Assembly (NCBI GenBank): GCA_965195285.1
Contig: CBDAFS010000031.1
Location: 64,001 to 128,000 of the forward strand
From: an uncultured Aminicenantes bacterium
GTDB lineage: Bacteria > Acidobacteriota > Aminicenantia > UBA2199
Length of the DNA stretch: 64,000 bases
Direction: 5' to 3'
Positions 30,378-39,580 of the stretch are shown here, piece by piece. Positions within the stretch are counted from its first letter, which is position 1; the number at the start of each line of letters is the position of its first letter. The notes under the pieces are model-generated. The model was not told where the DNA came from and did not search any database. It saw only the letters and a program-made list of their open reading frames with translations. The position numbers and the translations under genes are program-made.

Positions 30378-30606
30378 ATTAATTCGCCAAGACGGGGTTG
30401 AGATATTATTAAATGTGGATGTCATTAAATCCATACAGGGAACGGAGCCAACGGTTATCACCCTTGCCAACGGAGAAAAACTGGAAGTAAAAAATCATTC
30501 CCGGGATATTACCGAGAAAATCAAAGCTTATAAGGCCGGGATTGATCTGGCTGATCACAATGGCTTGTTTGTACCCGAGGAAATAGGAAGGGATAAATCT
30601 CGGTAA
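30370..30606 (+). CDS. flbD: FlbD/SwrD family small protein
   Basis: MIRLIRQDGVEILLNVDVIKSIQGTEPTVITLANGEKLEV matches the FlbD pattern MIxLTRLNG..xLNxDxIxxIE..PDTxITLxNG.K..V. Confidence 0.7.
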   Translation: MIRLIRQDGVEILLNVDVIKSIQGTEPTVITLANGEKLEVKNHSRDITEKIKAYKAGIDLADHNGLFVPEEIGRDKSR

Positions 30607-30679
30607 AACCGAATACTGATCGATTCCCGATTAAATCAATGCTCTTGCTTTTTAAAACCCAGTAAAGTAAAATTTCTAT

Positions 30680-31786
30680 ATGAAAGATTACTACCGGATC
30701 CTGGGTATCAACCAGAAGGCACCCCTTTCCGAGATAAAGAAATCCTATAGAAAACTGGCCCGTAAATATCATCCTGATCTGAATCCGGGAGATGAAAATG
30801 CCGAAAAGAATTTTAAAGAAATCACCGAGGCTTATGAAGTATTGAAGGACCCCAAAAAGCGGAAACAATACGATATCTTCGGTTCAGTAAAGGGAGATTT
30901 CAGAAATGACCGGGGGTTTTCGAATTTTGAAGGTTTTGATTTCACTTCACCGGGGGGCGCTTCTTTTGGAGATATATTTGAAACCATTTTTGGCGGGGCT
31001 GGAGGTTTCCAAGCTCAGCAAAAGGCCAGAAAAAACCGGCCACAGAGAGGCGAAGACCTTAATTATTCGATGAATTTAAGTTTTTTAGATGCGGCCAGGG
31101 GTATTGAGACCCCCATTCAGATAGTCAGAAAAGAGACCTGTGCCGCCTGCAAAGGCAAAGGAATTCAATCGGATTCGTCTAAAAAAACTTGTTCGGTATG
31201 CAAGGGAAGTGGTCGAATCCAGAAGCAGACCGGTTTTATGAAGTTTGCCTCGCTCTGTACCCATTGTGGGGGGAGCGGGATTTTACCAGGTGATACCTGT
31301 ACTTCCTGTCGGGGTGAAGGCAGGATTGAAAAAGTCGCCCGGATCAAGGTGAAAATTCCTCCCGGAGTTGATAATCACTCAAGGGTGAGAATCAACGGAA
31401 AGGGCAATACCGGAAAATTCGGAGGTCCGGGTGGTGATTTGATCATTACCATTCAGGTGACACCGCATCCGTTTTTCAAACGGGATGGCCGTCATTTGGA
31501 AATTGAATTACCTGTAACCTATGCGGAAGCTGCATTGGGAGCGAAAATCGAAGTCCCCACCCTGGACGGTTATTCGGTATTGAAAGTCCCACCCTCCATT
31601 CAATCGGGTGTTAAATTGAGATTAAAAGCCAAGGGTATCCTGAATCCAAAAACCAAAAGCATGGGAGATATGATTGTCAGGATTAAAATTATTCCACCCT
31701 CTATTAAAGATTTGGAGGTCAGGGATTTGCTCAAGAAGATCGAAAAAATTGCGCCTTATAACCCGAGAGAGGGGCTGGGTAAATGA
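30680..31786 (+). CDS. dnaJ: Molecular chaperone DnaJ
   Basis: J domain with HPD, G/F-rich region, four CxxCxGxG zinc motifs, C-terminal domain. Confidence 0.96.
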   Translation: MKDYYRILGINQKAPLSEIKKSYRKLARKYHPDLNPGDENAEKNFKEITEAYEVLKDPKKRKQYDIFGSVKGDFRNDRGFSNFEGFDFTSPGGASFGDIFETIFGGAGGFQAQQKARKNRPQRGEDLNYSMNLSFLDAARGIETPIQIVRKETCAACKGKGIQSDSSKKTCSVCKGSGRIQKQTGFMKFASLCTHCGGSGILPGDTCTSCRGEGRIEKVARIKVKIPPGVDNHSRVRINGKGNTGKFGGPGGDLIITIQVTPHPFFKRDGRHLEIELPVTYAEAALGAKIEVPTLDGYSVLKVPPSIQSGVKLRLKAKGILNPKTKSMGDMIVRIKIIPPSIKDLEVRDLLKKIEKIAPYNPREGLGK

Positions 31787-32169
31787 AGGAAAAAACCTAT
31801 TTGATATCGGCAGTGGCTTCTAAATATAATATCCATCCCCAAACCCTGCGTCTGTATGAGCGGGAGGGATTGTTGATTCCCAGCCGGACCAAAGGAAATA
31901 CCCGGGTATACAAAGAGGAGGATTTAAAAAAACTGGAATTTATATTGAATCTGTCCAGGGATATGGGTGTGAATCTGGCCGGAATCGAAATCATTCTCAA
32001 TATGAAGGAAAAAATGGAGTCCATGCAAGAGGAGTTTTCAAAGTTCCTCGAGGAACTCAAGAGGGAATTCGAAGATAAAGAAGCCCTGTTTGAAGAAAAG
32101 AAAAATTCCATCGTAAAGTTTTCACCCTCAAAGGTTACGATTTTCAGAAATGACAAAAAACAATCCTAG
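31783..32169 (+). CDS. hspR: HspR-like MerR family heat-shock regulator
   Basis: IHPQTLRLYEREGL.PSRTKGNTRVY and GVNLAGIEII; overlaps dnaJ. Confidence 0.88.
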   Translation: MKEKTYLISAVASKYNIHPQTLRLYEREGLLIPSRTKGNTRVYKEEDLKKLEFILNLSRDMGVNLAGIEIILNMKEKMESMQEEFSKFLEELKREFEDKEALFEEKKNSIVKFSPSKVTIFRNDKKQS

Positions 32170-32998
32170 GGAATCCCTGAATTCCCTGAACCTATATTTC
32201 CAAAAGATCAAGGGTATATCGATTTTAAATCCGGTTGAGGAAAAGGAATTGATTAAAAAAGCCAAGCAGGGGGATGAGGAGGCTTTTCAAAAAATCATCA
32301 TTGCCAATCAAAAATTGGTGGTGAAGGAAGCTTTAAAATATTACTTCAAAGAGGATAATCTGCTGGACCTGATCAATGAGGGCAATAAAGGATTAATCGA
32401 GGCCTTGAAGCGGTTTGATGTTACCAGGGATAATCGTTTTTATACCTATGCCCTGTGGTGGGTCAGGAGTGAGATTAGACGATATCTGTCCAAGAATCAG
32501 AATATTATTTCTTTCCCGGATATTTTTTATAATGATTATCTCAATTTTAAAAAAGCTTATTTCAAATTGAGCAAAATTTTAAACCGGAAGCCCAGCGAGA
32601 GTGAATTGGCAGAACATCTGGATATCCCTGAAAAAAAAGTGAAGGTCATGCTTTCGGTCCCGAATGAAATCGTTTCTCTTGATGTAGGGATCGCCGATGG
32701 CCGGTTTCCCAACCTGGCATCCTTTCTCCCGGATGATTCGGCTGATGATCCCCAGAAAATCATGCTGGGAATTTCAATGAAGAATGTCATCCGCGATGAT
32801 GTTGAGGAATTAACCGAAAAGGAAGCCCGGGTAATCAAGATGAGATTTGGTTTTAACACGGAAGAACCCATGAAATTGAGGGAAATTGCCAAAATCATGA
32901 AAATGAGCCCGGAGGGAGTGCGAAGAATTGAAATGAAGGCCCTGTCCAAATTGAAAAGAAAACTGATCAAGAAAGGAATTTATGGAGTTTTGAATTGA
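32150..32998 (+). CDS. Sigma-70 family RNA polymerase sigma factor (RpoD-like, lacking region 1.1)
   Basis: Region 2 DLINEGNKGLIEALKRFD...RFYTYALWWVR; region 3 SLD; region 4 LREIAKIMKMSPEGVRRIEMKAL; 282 aa. Confidence 0.93.
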   Translation: MTKNNPRESLNSLNLYFQKIKGISILNPVEEKELIKKAKQGDEEAFQKIIIANQKLVVKEALKYYFKEDNLLDLINEGNKGLIEALKRFDVTRDNRFYTYALWWVRSEIRRYLSKNQNIISFPDIFYNDYLNFKKAYFKLSKILNRKPSESELAEHLDIPEKKVKVMLSVPNEIVSLDVGIADGRFPNLASFLPDDSADDPQKIMLGISMKNVIRDDVEELTEKEARVIKMRFGFNTEEPMKLREIAKIMKMSPEGVRRIEMKALSKLKRKLIKKGIYGVLN

Positions 32999-33699
32999 GC
33001 CAGAAATTGTGTACAAAATGTAATGGAACCGGTTGGATCATAAAGAACAGGAAGGGCCAGGAATTTGCCATCCGGTGTGAATGCCAGGTCGAGGATTTGG
33101 TGCTGAATAAGTGCCAGTCGGCCAATATTCCCCAGAGATTTCTGGGAGCGGAATTGAAGGGTTATCAACTGGATCCTCAAAAACCTTCTCAGAAACGGGC
33201 CAAAAATACCGTTGGAAAATTTATTCAGGATTATCCGGCTGTGGAAAAGGGTTTGTTGTTGCAGGGTTCCATTGGCCTGGGCAAAACCAGGCTTCTCTGT
33301 TCTATAGGCTTTGAGCTGATAAAAAAAATGGATGTTGATGTGTACTATATTGACTGGAATGACCTGGTCAGGGAGATGAAAACCGGGGAAGATCATGCCA
33401 GCAGGGATTTTCAGGCTATTAATCAATTAATGAACCGTTTGATTGCGGTTGAATTGCTTTTATTCGATGAGCTGGGGGCTTCCAAAGTCAGCCCCTGGGT
33501 AAATGACAATATTTACTATGTGTTCAACAAGCGTTACAACCTGAAAAAAACGACGGTGTGTGCAACCAATTTTTATGATGATCCGTCCGATGGAAAAGAA
33601 TCACTGACCCAGCGAATCGGTGATCGAATCAGAAGCCGGTTGTATGAAATGGCCCGGGTTATTGAAATCAATGGAATTGATTACAGACTAAATTACTAA
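32995..33699 (+). CDS. DnaC/IstB-like AAA+ ATPase with N-terminal Zn-binding motif
   Basis: CTKCNGTG...CEC; GSIGLGKT Walker A; LLLFDELG Walker B; NKRYN; ATN; RIRSRLYEM. Confidence 0.88.
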   Translation: MSQKLCTKCNGTGWIIKNRKGQEFAIRCECQVEDLVLNKCQSANIPQRFLGAELKGYQLDPQKPSQKRAKNTVGKFIQDYPAVEKGLLLQGSIGLGKTRLLCSIGFELIKKMDVDVYYIDWNDLVREMKTGEDHASRDFQAINQLMNRLIAVELLLFDELGASKVSPWVNDNIYYVFNKRYNLKKTTVCATNFYDDPSDGKESLTQRIGDRIRSRLYEMARVIEINGIDYRLNY

Positions 33700-33711
33700 G
33701 AGGAGATTAAT

Positions 33712-34701
33712 ATGGATCCGGATATCACCTTCATCAATGAAAAAGTGAAAGAGGAAAGTGAAATTGTTGAAAGGATATTGTCAGAAATGGGAAAGACAAT
33801 TGTTGGCCAGAGAATCTTGCTGGAAAGGATGATGATTGCCCTGGTCACTTCCGGACACATTCTTCTGGAAGGTGTTCCGGGCCTGGCCAAAACCCTGTCC
33901 ATTAAAACCCTTTCCCAGGTACTGGATTTGAATTTCAGCCGGATTCAGTTTACTCCAGATTTATTGCCTGCCGATTTGACCGGAACCCTGGTTTTTAACC
34001 CCAAGACATCTGATTTCTATACCCGAAAGGGGCCGTTATTCACCAATCTCCTCCTGGCTGATGAAATCAACCGAGCCCCGGCAAAGGTGCAGAGTGCGCT
34101 GCTTGAGGCCATGCAAGAGTTGCAGGTGACCATCGGAGAGAAGAGTCATGAAATTGAGAAACCCTTTCTGGTGATGGCTACCCAGAACCCGATCGAACAA
34201 GAGGGGACCTATCCGTTGCCGGAAGCTCAGATAGACCGTTTTTTATTGAAGATAAAGGTGACATATCCGTCCAAAGAAGAGGAAAAGGATATCGTCACGA
34301 AAATGGCCGGATCAGAACCCCAGCCGGTCCAGACCATTTGTTCCAAGGATGAAGTCTTCAGAATGAATCAATCCTATAAAATGGTTTATATGGATGAGCG
34401 CATCAAGGATTACATCATTAATCTGGTTTTTGCTACCCGGTTTCCGGAGGAGGCCGGGCTGGAAAAATTGAAAAACCTGATTCAATTCGGGGCTTCGCCC
34501 AGGGCATCCATTTATTTAACTGAAACATCCAGGGCGCTGGCATTTATCAAGCGGCGGGGATACGTGACCCCGGAAGATGTCAAAACCATTGGAATGGATG
34601 TGTTGAGGCATCGCATTATTCTTTCTTATGAAGCTGAGGCCGAAGAAATGACCACCGATGACATTATAACCGAAATTTTCAATAATATTGTTGTGCCCTG
34701 A
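33712..34701 (+). CDS. moxR: MoxR family AAA+ ATPase
   Basis: LEGVPGLAKT, RIQFTPDLLPAD, LADEINRAPAKVQSALLEAM, ATQNPIEQEGTYPLPEAQIDRF. Confidence 0.96.
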   Translation: MDPDITFINEKVKEESEIVERILSEMGKTIVGQRILLERMMIALVTSGHILLEGVPGLAKTLSIKTLSQVLDLNFSRIQFTPDLLPADLTGTLVFNPKTSDFYTRKGPLFTNLLLADEINRAPAKVQSALLEAMQELQVTIGEKSHEIEKPFLVMATQNPIEQEGTYPLPEAQIDRFLLKIKVTYPSKEEEKDIVTKMAGSEPQPVQTICSKDEVFRMNQSYKMVYMDERIKDYIINLVFATRFPEEAGLEKLKNLIQFGASPRASIYLTETSRALAFIKRRGYVTPEDVKTIGMDVLRHRIILSYEAEAEEMTTDDIITEIFNNIVVP

Positions 34702-34717
34702 ACCAAGCCGGATACCA

Positions 34718-35149
34718 ATGGGGAAAAAAAAGAAACGAATACTTCAGAAGATCAATCCGGAAAAGTCCAACAAGATGATTTATGCAGTGGGTATCGGACT
34801 GGTGATCATTTTTACGGTTTTCTTCATTTTAATTAGCAGAGGAACCGATCCGGAAAATAAAAAGGAATTGCTTTCTGGGGTTTTGAGGTACTTAACCAAA
34901 ACCCAGGGTATAATCGATTTGGTGATATTACCTGAAAAGAACAATGTCCAAATCCGATATGACGGTCTGGACCGTAAAGATTTTTTTAAAATCACCACCT
35001 ATGCCGGTATCAAGCTTTCTTTGGAATTGAAGGGTGAAAAAATAAAGGTGGAACTCTTTCGAGACAATGAAAAACGGCCGGTCTATACGATTTTTTTAAA
35101 GAACGGAACCATTTTGAAAGAGGAGAGATCCATTCCGGCTGGGCAGTGA
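34718..35149 (+). CDS. Hypothetical single-pass membrane protein
   Basis: ATG 34718, basic N-terminus, one TM helix; follows moxR on the same strand. Confidence 0.7.
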   Translation: MGKKKKRILQKINPEKSNKMIYAVGIGLVIIFTVFFILISRGTDPENKKELLSGVLRYLTKTQGIIDLVILPEKNNVQIRYDGLDRKDFFKITTYAGIKLSLELKGEKIKVELFRDNEKRPVYTIFLKNGTILKEERSIPAGQ

Positions 35150-35194
35150 TCCCTGACCGGCTGGGGGTTCGGAAGTCCCGAATCACCACTTGAG

Positions 35195-35366
35195 TGTAGC
35201 GAATCGAAACACTCAAGATACAACTTTAAGCTTCTGAGTTGTTGCCTTTTGCCAATTTATTGTCCTCGAGTGTATCAAAATGGAACAATTTGATCAGTTA
35301 TCGATAGAGCAGTAATAAAAGTAACGTTGACCTGATTTACGGATTTGGCTGTAGCGATTTGCTACA
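35195..35366. promoter_or_regulatory. Three TGT-N11-ACA palindromes (putative enhancer sites for a sigma54 activator)
   Basis: TGTAGCGAATCGAAACA (35195), TGTATCAAAATGGAACA (35271), TGTAGCGATTTGCTACA (35350); spacing 76 and 79 bp. Confidence 0.75.
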
Positions 35367-35443
35367 CTTACATGATAATTGAAAATATAATCTGTTTCTG
35401 AAAAGCCTTTCCGGATAAGAAATTCCCTTCCTATTGCTTTTTT

Positions 35444-35458
35444 TGGAAAATAAATTGC
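35444..35458 (+). promoter_or_regulatory. Putative sigma54 (-24/-12) promoter
   Basis: TGGAAAATAAATTGC = GG-N10-GC, 94 bp downstream of the start of the last enhancer site. Confidence 0.68.
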
Positions 35459-35599
35459 TTGCTATTTATTATACGATTGCCTGAAATATTGTAAATCTGC
35501 TTGGTAGGAATTGGATATAAATTAATTTGATAACCGGAGGGTAAAATTATGCAGAAAGCAATGTTAAATCCAATAAAAATATCAAAAAGGAGAAATCAG

Positions 35600-36253
35600 A
35601 TGAAAAAAAAGGTTTTAAAACCGATTTTGGTTGTTTTGCTGGCGGTCTTTATTTTATCCGCCTGGTCAGGTCAGGCGTATGCCAGACTGGTTTATAATCA
35701 GGTTGATGGCTGCTTCGATGATACGGGCCGGCAGGCCATTCGAACTCACATTATTGAAGCGGCAGGCTATTTTCTGAAAGCCTATTCGGAGATTCTGGCC
35801 TTATCGGATCGTATCGAAATGTCGGATTTGAGCGGTATTGATTACTTTGAATCCCGGTTATTGGTTGACCAGGCGATTTTCAACCTGGAGAATGCCAGGG
35901 AGAAATATCTGATTCTGACTCAAATTGCAGCCAACACTCCTTATAACCCGGGAGTGATCAACAATTTGCTCATTTTCAATTATCGGGAATTCAGAGATAA
36001 TCAACAGTTAAAGGGGTTACAGTTTGATCAGGTCAAAAGTTTCCTGATGAATGGCGATGTCCGGGGGATATTTGATAAAGCGCTGGCCGATGTGGAAAAT
36101 ATCCTGGAAAGGCTGGACCGGGTAAAAATTGCCATTTATTCCCTTTCATTGCCTGAGATGTCAGATATTTGGGAATTGAACCGGCTGTGCTCCGAATTCA
36201 TGATGTTCGGGCAATATTCAGCCAGAATCTTTTATCGGGTCACTGGAAAATAA
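35600..36253 (+). CDS. Secreted alpha-helical hypothetical protein
   Basis: Sec signal MKKKVLKPILVVLLAVFILSAWSGQAYA after an AGGAG SD (the in-frame ATG 35549 also has an SD); amphipathic helical mature region with two Cys. Confidence 0.8.
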   Translation: MKKKVLKPILVVLLAVFILSAWSGQAYARLVYNQVDGCFDDTGRQAIRTHIIEAAGYFLKAYSEILALSDRIEMSDLSGIDYFESRLLVDQAIFNLENAREKYLILTQIAANTPYNPGVINNLLIFNYREFRDNQQLKGLQFDQVKSFLMNGDVRGIFDKALADVENILERLDRVKIAIYSLSLPEMSDIWELNRLCSEFMMFGQYSARIFYRVTGK

Positions 36254-36278
36254 TGTAAAATTGGTTTACTATTAAACG

Positions 36279-37616
36279 GTGAAAACTTTATACACCGTTT
36301 TTTTATTGGAACTCAGGAGGGTATTCAGTAAGCGAAATATTGTCATTTTAATCTTATTCCTGATGCTATGCCTGTATTTTGTTCAGGTAGGTATTCAGCA
36401 CTACCGGACCATCATTGATAACAAGGAGAAATTCCTGGAGACCGAACGCTTAAAAACCGATCTTTATATCACTTATTCCATGTATGCCGCTTATGGTTTT
36501 AGGCTTCAGTTTGTCCCCTCTCCTCTGAGTGTTTTGTTTGTTAATTCAACGGTAATATCAGAACTCTCATCCAATGTGGATGTGGCCAGTCTGTTGAATA
36601 TATACAAATCTTACAAGGGCAGGGTCCTGTTTGCTGAAAAGTCCGGGGGATTTAAAGATTTTTCCGGAATCATTCTCCTGTTTGGCACCATGATAGTGCT
36701 CTATCTGGGGTTTGAAACCTTCCTGAATAAAGACTATATTCGTTTTATATCCAGTTTTATTCAACCCAAAAAGTTGTTTTATTCCATTGTCGGGTCCCGA
36801 TTGTTGTTGCTTGTACTGTACTTTTTTTTCATGACCATCAGCTCGATTATTTTACTCGGGATAAACGGGATTCAGCTTTTGAAAAATGAATTCAGTCATC
36901 TCTATTATTATTTGCTGGTCATGGCCATAATGCTGGTTTTCTTTTTCATATTGGGTTTGGTTTCCGGAACCATAAAATCTCGATTTGCCGGATTTATCAT
37001 GGTGATTTCGGTATGGTTTATTTTTGTTTTTTTGATCCCCGGGGTCATTCAGTCCCTTATTGCCACCAGTGCAGAAAATATCACCTCCGGTTATGATCTG
37101 GAATTGAAAAAACTTCAGGCCCATATGGGTTTTGAAAAAAGAGCCATGGAGCAGGAAGGGGTTTTGCAGGATTCCCGAAAAAACACCCAGTCTGAAAGGG
37201 ATATAATGGAGAGCTATTGGAAAAATGAATTGAAAAAAATTCAAAGCCTGGAAAAAAACATGGAAAACGATATGAGAAAGAATATCAGGAATTTTCAAAG
37301 AATGTCCCTGATTGTTCCCTCCAGTTTTTATATATCGGTAAGCAATGAAATCAGCAGTCGGGGCTACAAGAATTTTGTTAATTTTTTCAGTTATTTGCAG
37401 AAGCTGAAGGAGGGATTTATTCGGTTTTACATTGATAAGCGCTTCTATTCCAATTTTTCAAAGGTTGAGTTGTATATCAAAGGCGAAGAAAATATTTATT
37501 ATTCCAGAAATCTCCTGCCGGATTTTTTTATATGGGGCGTGTGTTTAACCCTGCTTTACATCATGTCATTATTTATTTTTGCTTATTATCGGTTTAAAGG
37601 GTCTCTGGTGATATGA
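36279..37616 (+). CDS. ABC-2-like permease with large extracytoplasmic loops
   Basis: LELRRVF N-terminus; about 6 hydrophobic helices; long coiled-coil-like loop before the last TM; overlaps the following NBD gene. Confidence 0.75.
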   Translation: MKTLYTVFLLELRRVFSKRNIVILILFLMLCLYFVQVGIQHYRTIIDNKEKFLETERLKTDLYITYSMYAAYGFRLQFVPSPLSVLFVNSTVISELSSNVDVASLLNIYKSYKGRVLFAEKSGGFKDFSGIILLFGTMIVLYLGFETFLNKDYIRFISSFIQPKKLFYSIVGSRLLLLVLYFFFMTISSIILLGINGIQLLKNEFSHLYYYLLVMAIMLVFFFILGLVSGTIKSRFAGFIMVISVWFIFVFLIPGVIQSLIATSAENITSGYDLELKKLQAHMGFEKRAMEQEGVLQDSRKNTQSERDIMESYWKNELKKIQSLEKNMENDMRKNIRNFQRMSLIVPSSFYISVSNEISSRGYKNFVNFFSYLQKLKEGFIRFYIDKRFYSNFSKVELYIKGEENIYYSRNLLPDFFIWGVCLTLLYIMSLFIFAYYRFKGSLVI

Positions 37617-38305
37617 TCAGGATTGACAATCTGTTTTTAAAAAAGAAAATTCCCGAAATCAGTGATCTCAGTCTACAGGTGAAAGCCGGGGAAACGTTTG
37701 TATTGTTGTCCTCCGGTGAAAGGGTCAGCAACCATCTGATTAATATTTTTACCGGAAGGGAACGAGATTTTTCCGGGACTGTGAAGGTTGATCAACAAAA
37801 TATATTAAATGATCTGAAAGAACTCAGAAAAAACCTGGTTTATATAGGTAAGGAAAGCGACTGGCCTCCGGTGATCAGAATCAAAGATATCATGGGCTTT
37901 CTGAGGAGGATTACCCGCATTTCAGAGGAAGAGTACGAGGAATTCAAAATAAAAATGAATCTTGATCAATTGAACCGCTACCGGATCAATGACCTGGAAG
38001 AGGTGGAAAAACGTCGATTGTTGTTTTCAATTGTTCAGCTGGGCAAAAGCAACAATTTTGTAATCCATGACCTGGCCAAGGGTATGCCCATTGATTTTAT
38101 CCTGGAATTCAAGGAAAATATTCGCCAGTTGAAACAAAACGGCTGTTCAATACTCTATATCAGCGATGATGTTTTTTTTGCTCCTGAGATCGGGGATCGC
38201 ATTGGATTTTTGAAAAAAGGCAAGCTGTTACTGGAGCTAAAAGGAAGAAAAGTAAAACGGATGGACCTGAAGGAACTGTATTTCAGGTTTCTGGCCGAAG
38301 AATAA
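37613..38305 (+). CDS. Degenerate ABC transporter ATP-binding domain (probable pseudo-ATPase)
   Basis: NBD scaffold retained (IRIDNL, DLSLQVKAGE, SGTVKVD, GDRIGFLKKGKL, LKELY). The Walker A, signature, Walker B/D-loop and H-switch positions are all substituted. Confidence 0.78.
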   Translation: MIRIDNLFLKKKIPEISDLSLQVKAGETFVLLSSGERVSNHLINIFTGRERDFSGTVKVDQQNILNDLKELRKNLVYIGKESDWPPVIRIKDIMGFLRRITRISEEEYEEFKIKMNLDQLNRYRINDLEEVEKRRLLFSIVQLGKSNNFVIHDLAKGMPIDFILEFKENIRQLKQNGCSILYISDDVFFAPEIGDRIGFLKKGKLLLELKGRKVKRMDLKELYFRFLAEE

Positions 38306-38306
38306 G

Positions 38307-39536
38307 TCAGATTTCATCTTCTTCCTCAAAGGAATAAGCCAGGGAAAGAATGACTTCGGTACCCTTGGCGGAACTGTTTATGGTGATTTCTCCTCCCAGG
38401 GATTTCATTAATCCGTAACAGGTATATAATCCCAGACCGGTCCCTTCCTCCTTGGTGGTTTGAAAGGGTTGAAACAGTTTTTCCTTAAAGGATTTTGGGA
38501 TACCGGGACCTGTATCCCGGATAGATATGTTAAACAATTCATTCTCGGGAAGCTGATCCCTTCCGCTAATATAGGTGGAAATATGGATCTGGCCATCTTT
38601 TTTTCCGATGGCATCCACTGCGTTAAACAGGATATTGATCAATACCTGCTGCAATCTCTGGGCATCGGTTTTCACCAATAGGGGAGGGTCCAGGCTTTTG
38701 ATTAATTTTATATTCCTGGGGATTTTCAGAGCAATGGATTGGATGGTGTTGTCAATCAAATCAGGAAGTTCGATTTTGTTGATCTTTTTCTTTTCATGTT
38801 TTGAAAAACTCAGCAATGATTTAATAATATGATCGATGCGCTGGATCGACTGTTTCATGATGGCCAGTTCGTCCATGAAAGCTTCGGGGCCTAGGTTCCT
38901 TTTTTCGGTAAAATATTTGATATAGGTGGATATCCCGGCCAGGGGATTTTTGATTTCATGGGCAGCCGAGGCAGCCAGTTCACCCACCAGAGCCAGGCGA
39001 TCCATTCTGTAGATCCGGTAGTAATTGCGACTGTCATCAATGCGGGTTCTCTCGTAAGTGATCTGGGGAATTAATATATGGGATAATATGTTGAAAAACC
39101 GGGAAATCAGATTTATTTCCTTCAGGGTTTTTTTACTGGCCCCGATGACCGCAAAACCATTGAGGGTTCCCAATGACAGGAGGGGCACCACCACATCCAC
39201 GGCCAGTATTTCGAACAGCTCAGGGTTGGATTTCTTAAATATATTGATTTTGGCCGGTTTTTCTCTGGACATGATAATGGTAGTTTTGGTATTTTTTAGC
39301 TGAATCAAGAGATTGGATTTTTCGTTTATGGGATTCAGTTTTATCCGGGGAAAGCGATCGGAATAATAGGGTTTGAATTTGCTTTTTTCCTGGTTGATAT
39401 AAAACAGGGTAATACTCTCAAGTGGAAGCTGTTTGGACAGGAAATCCGGGAGTAGATCGAGGCTTTGCTCTGCATAATGAAGGGTATTCAACATCCCGAT
39501 CACTTCTTGCAGTTTTTTTAAATAATCTCTGTTCAT
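38307..39536 (-). CDS. Soluble sensor histidine kinase (GAF-like N-domain, NtrB-type HisKA/HATPase)
   Basis: LAASAAHEIKNPL H-box, QVLINILFNA, DTGPGI, FQPFQTTK, GTGLGL; no clear TM helix. Confidence 0.93.
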   Translation of the reverse strand: MNRDYLKKLQEVIGMLNTLHYAEQSLDLLPDFLSKQLPLESITLFYINQEKSKFKPYYSDRFPRIKLNPINEKSNLLIQLKNTKTTIIMSREKPAKINIFKKSNPELFEILAVDVVVPLLSLGTLNGFAVIGASKKTLKEINLISRFFNILSHILIPQITYERTRIDDSRNYYRIYRMDRLALVGELAASAAHEIKNPLAGISTYIKYFTEKRNLGPEAFMDELAIMKQSIQRIDHIIKSLLSFSKHEKKKINKIELPDLIDNTIQSIALKIPRNIKLIKSLDPPLLVKTDAQRLQQVLINILFNAVDAIGKKDGQIHISTYISGRDQLPENELFNISIRDTGPGIPKSFKEKLFQPFQTTKEEGTGLGLYTCYGLMKSLGGEITINSSAKGTEVILSLAYSFEEEDEI

Positions 39537-39580
39537 TCTAACCTGATCCCGGGCTCAATTATATCTCCCTTGGGGGTTTG

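Noticed and set aside
32995-33699. IS21 element or prophage replication module suggested by the IstB/DnaC-like ATPase
   Set aside because: No IstA transposase, terminal inverted repeats, integrase or phage genes; the gene is embedded by overlap in a housekeeping operon.
35195-35366. Mini CRISPR array suggested by repeats at about 77-bp period (also 41008-41177)
   Set aside because: Units are only 17 bp and degenerate, with three copies and no cas genes; they fit protein-binding sites upstream of -24/-12 boxes much better.
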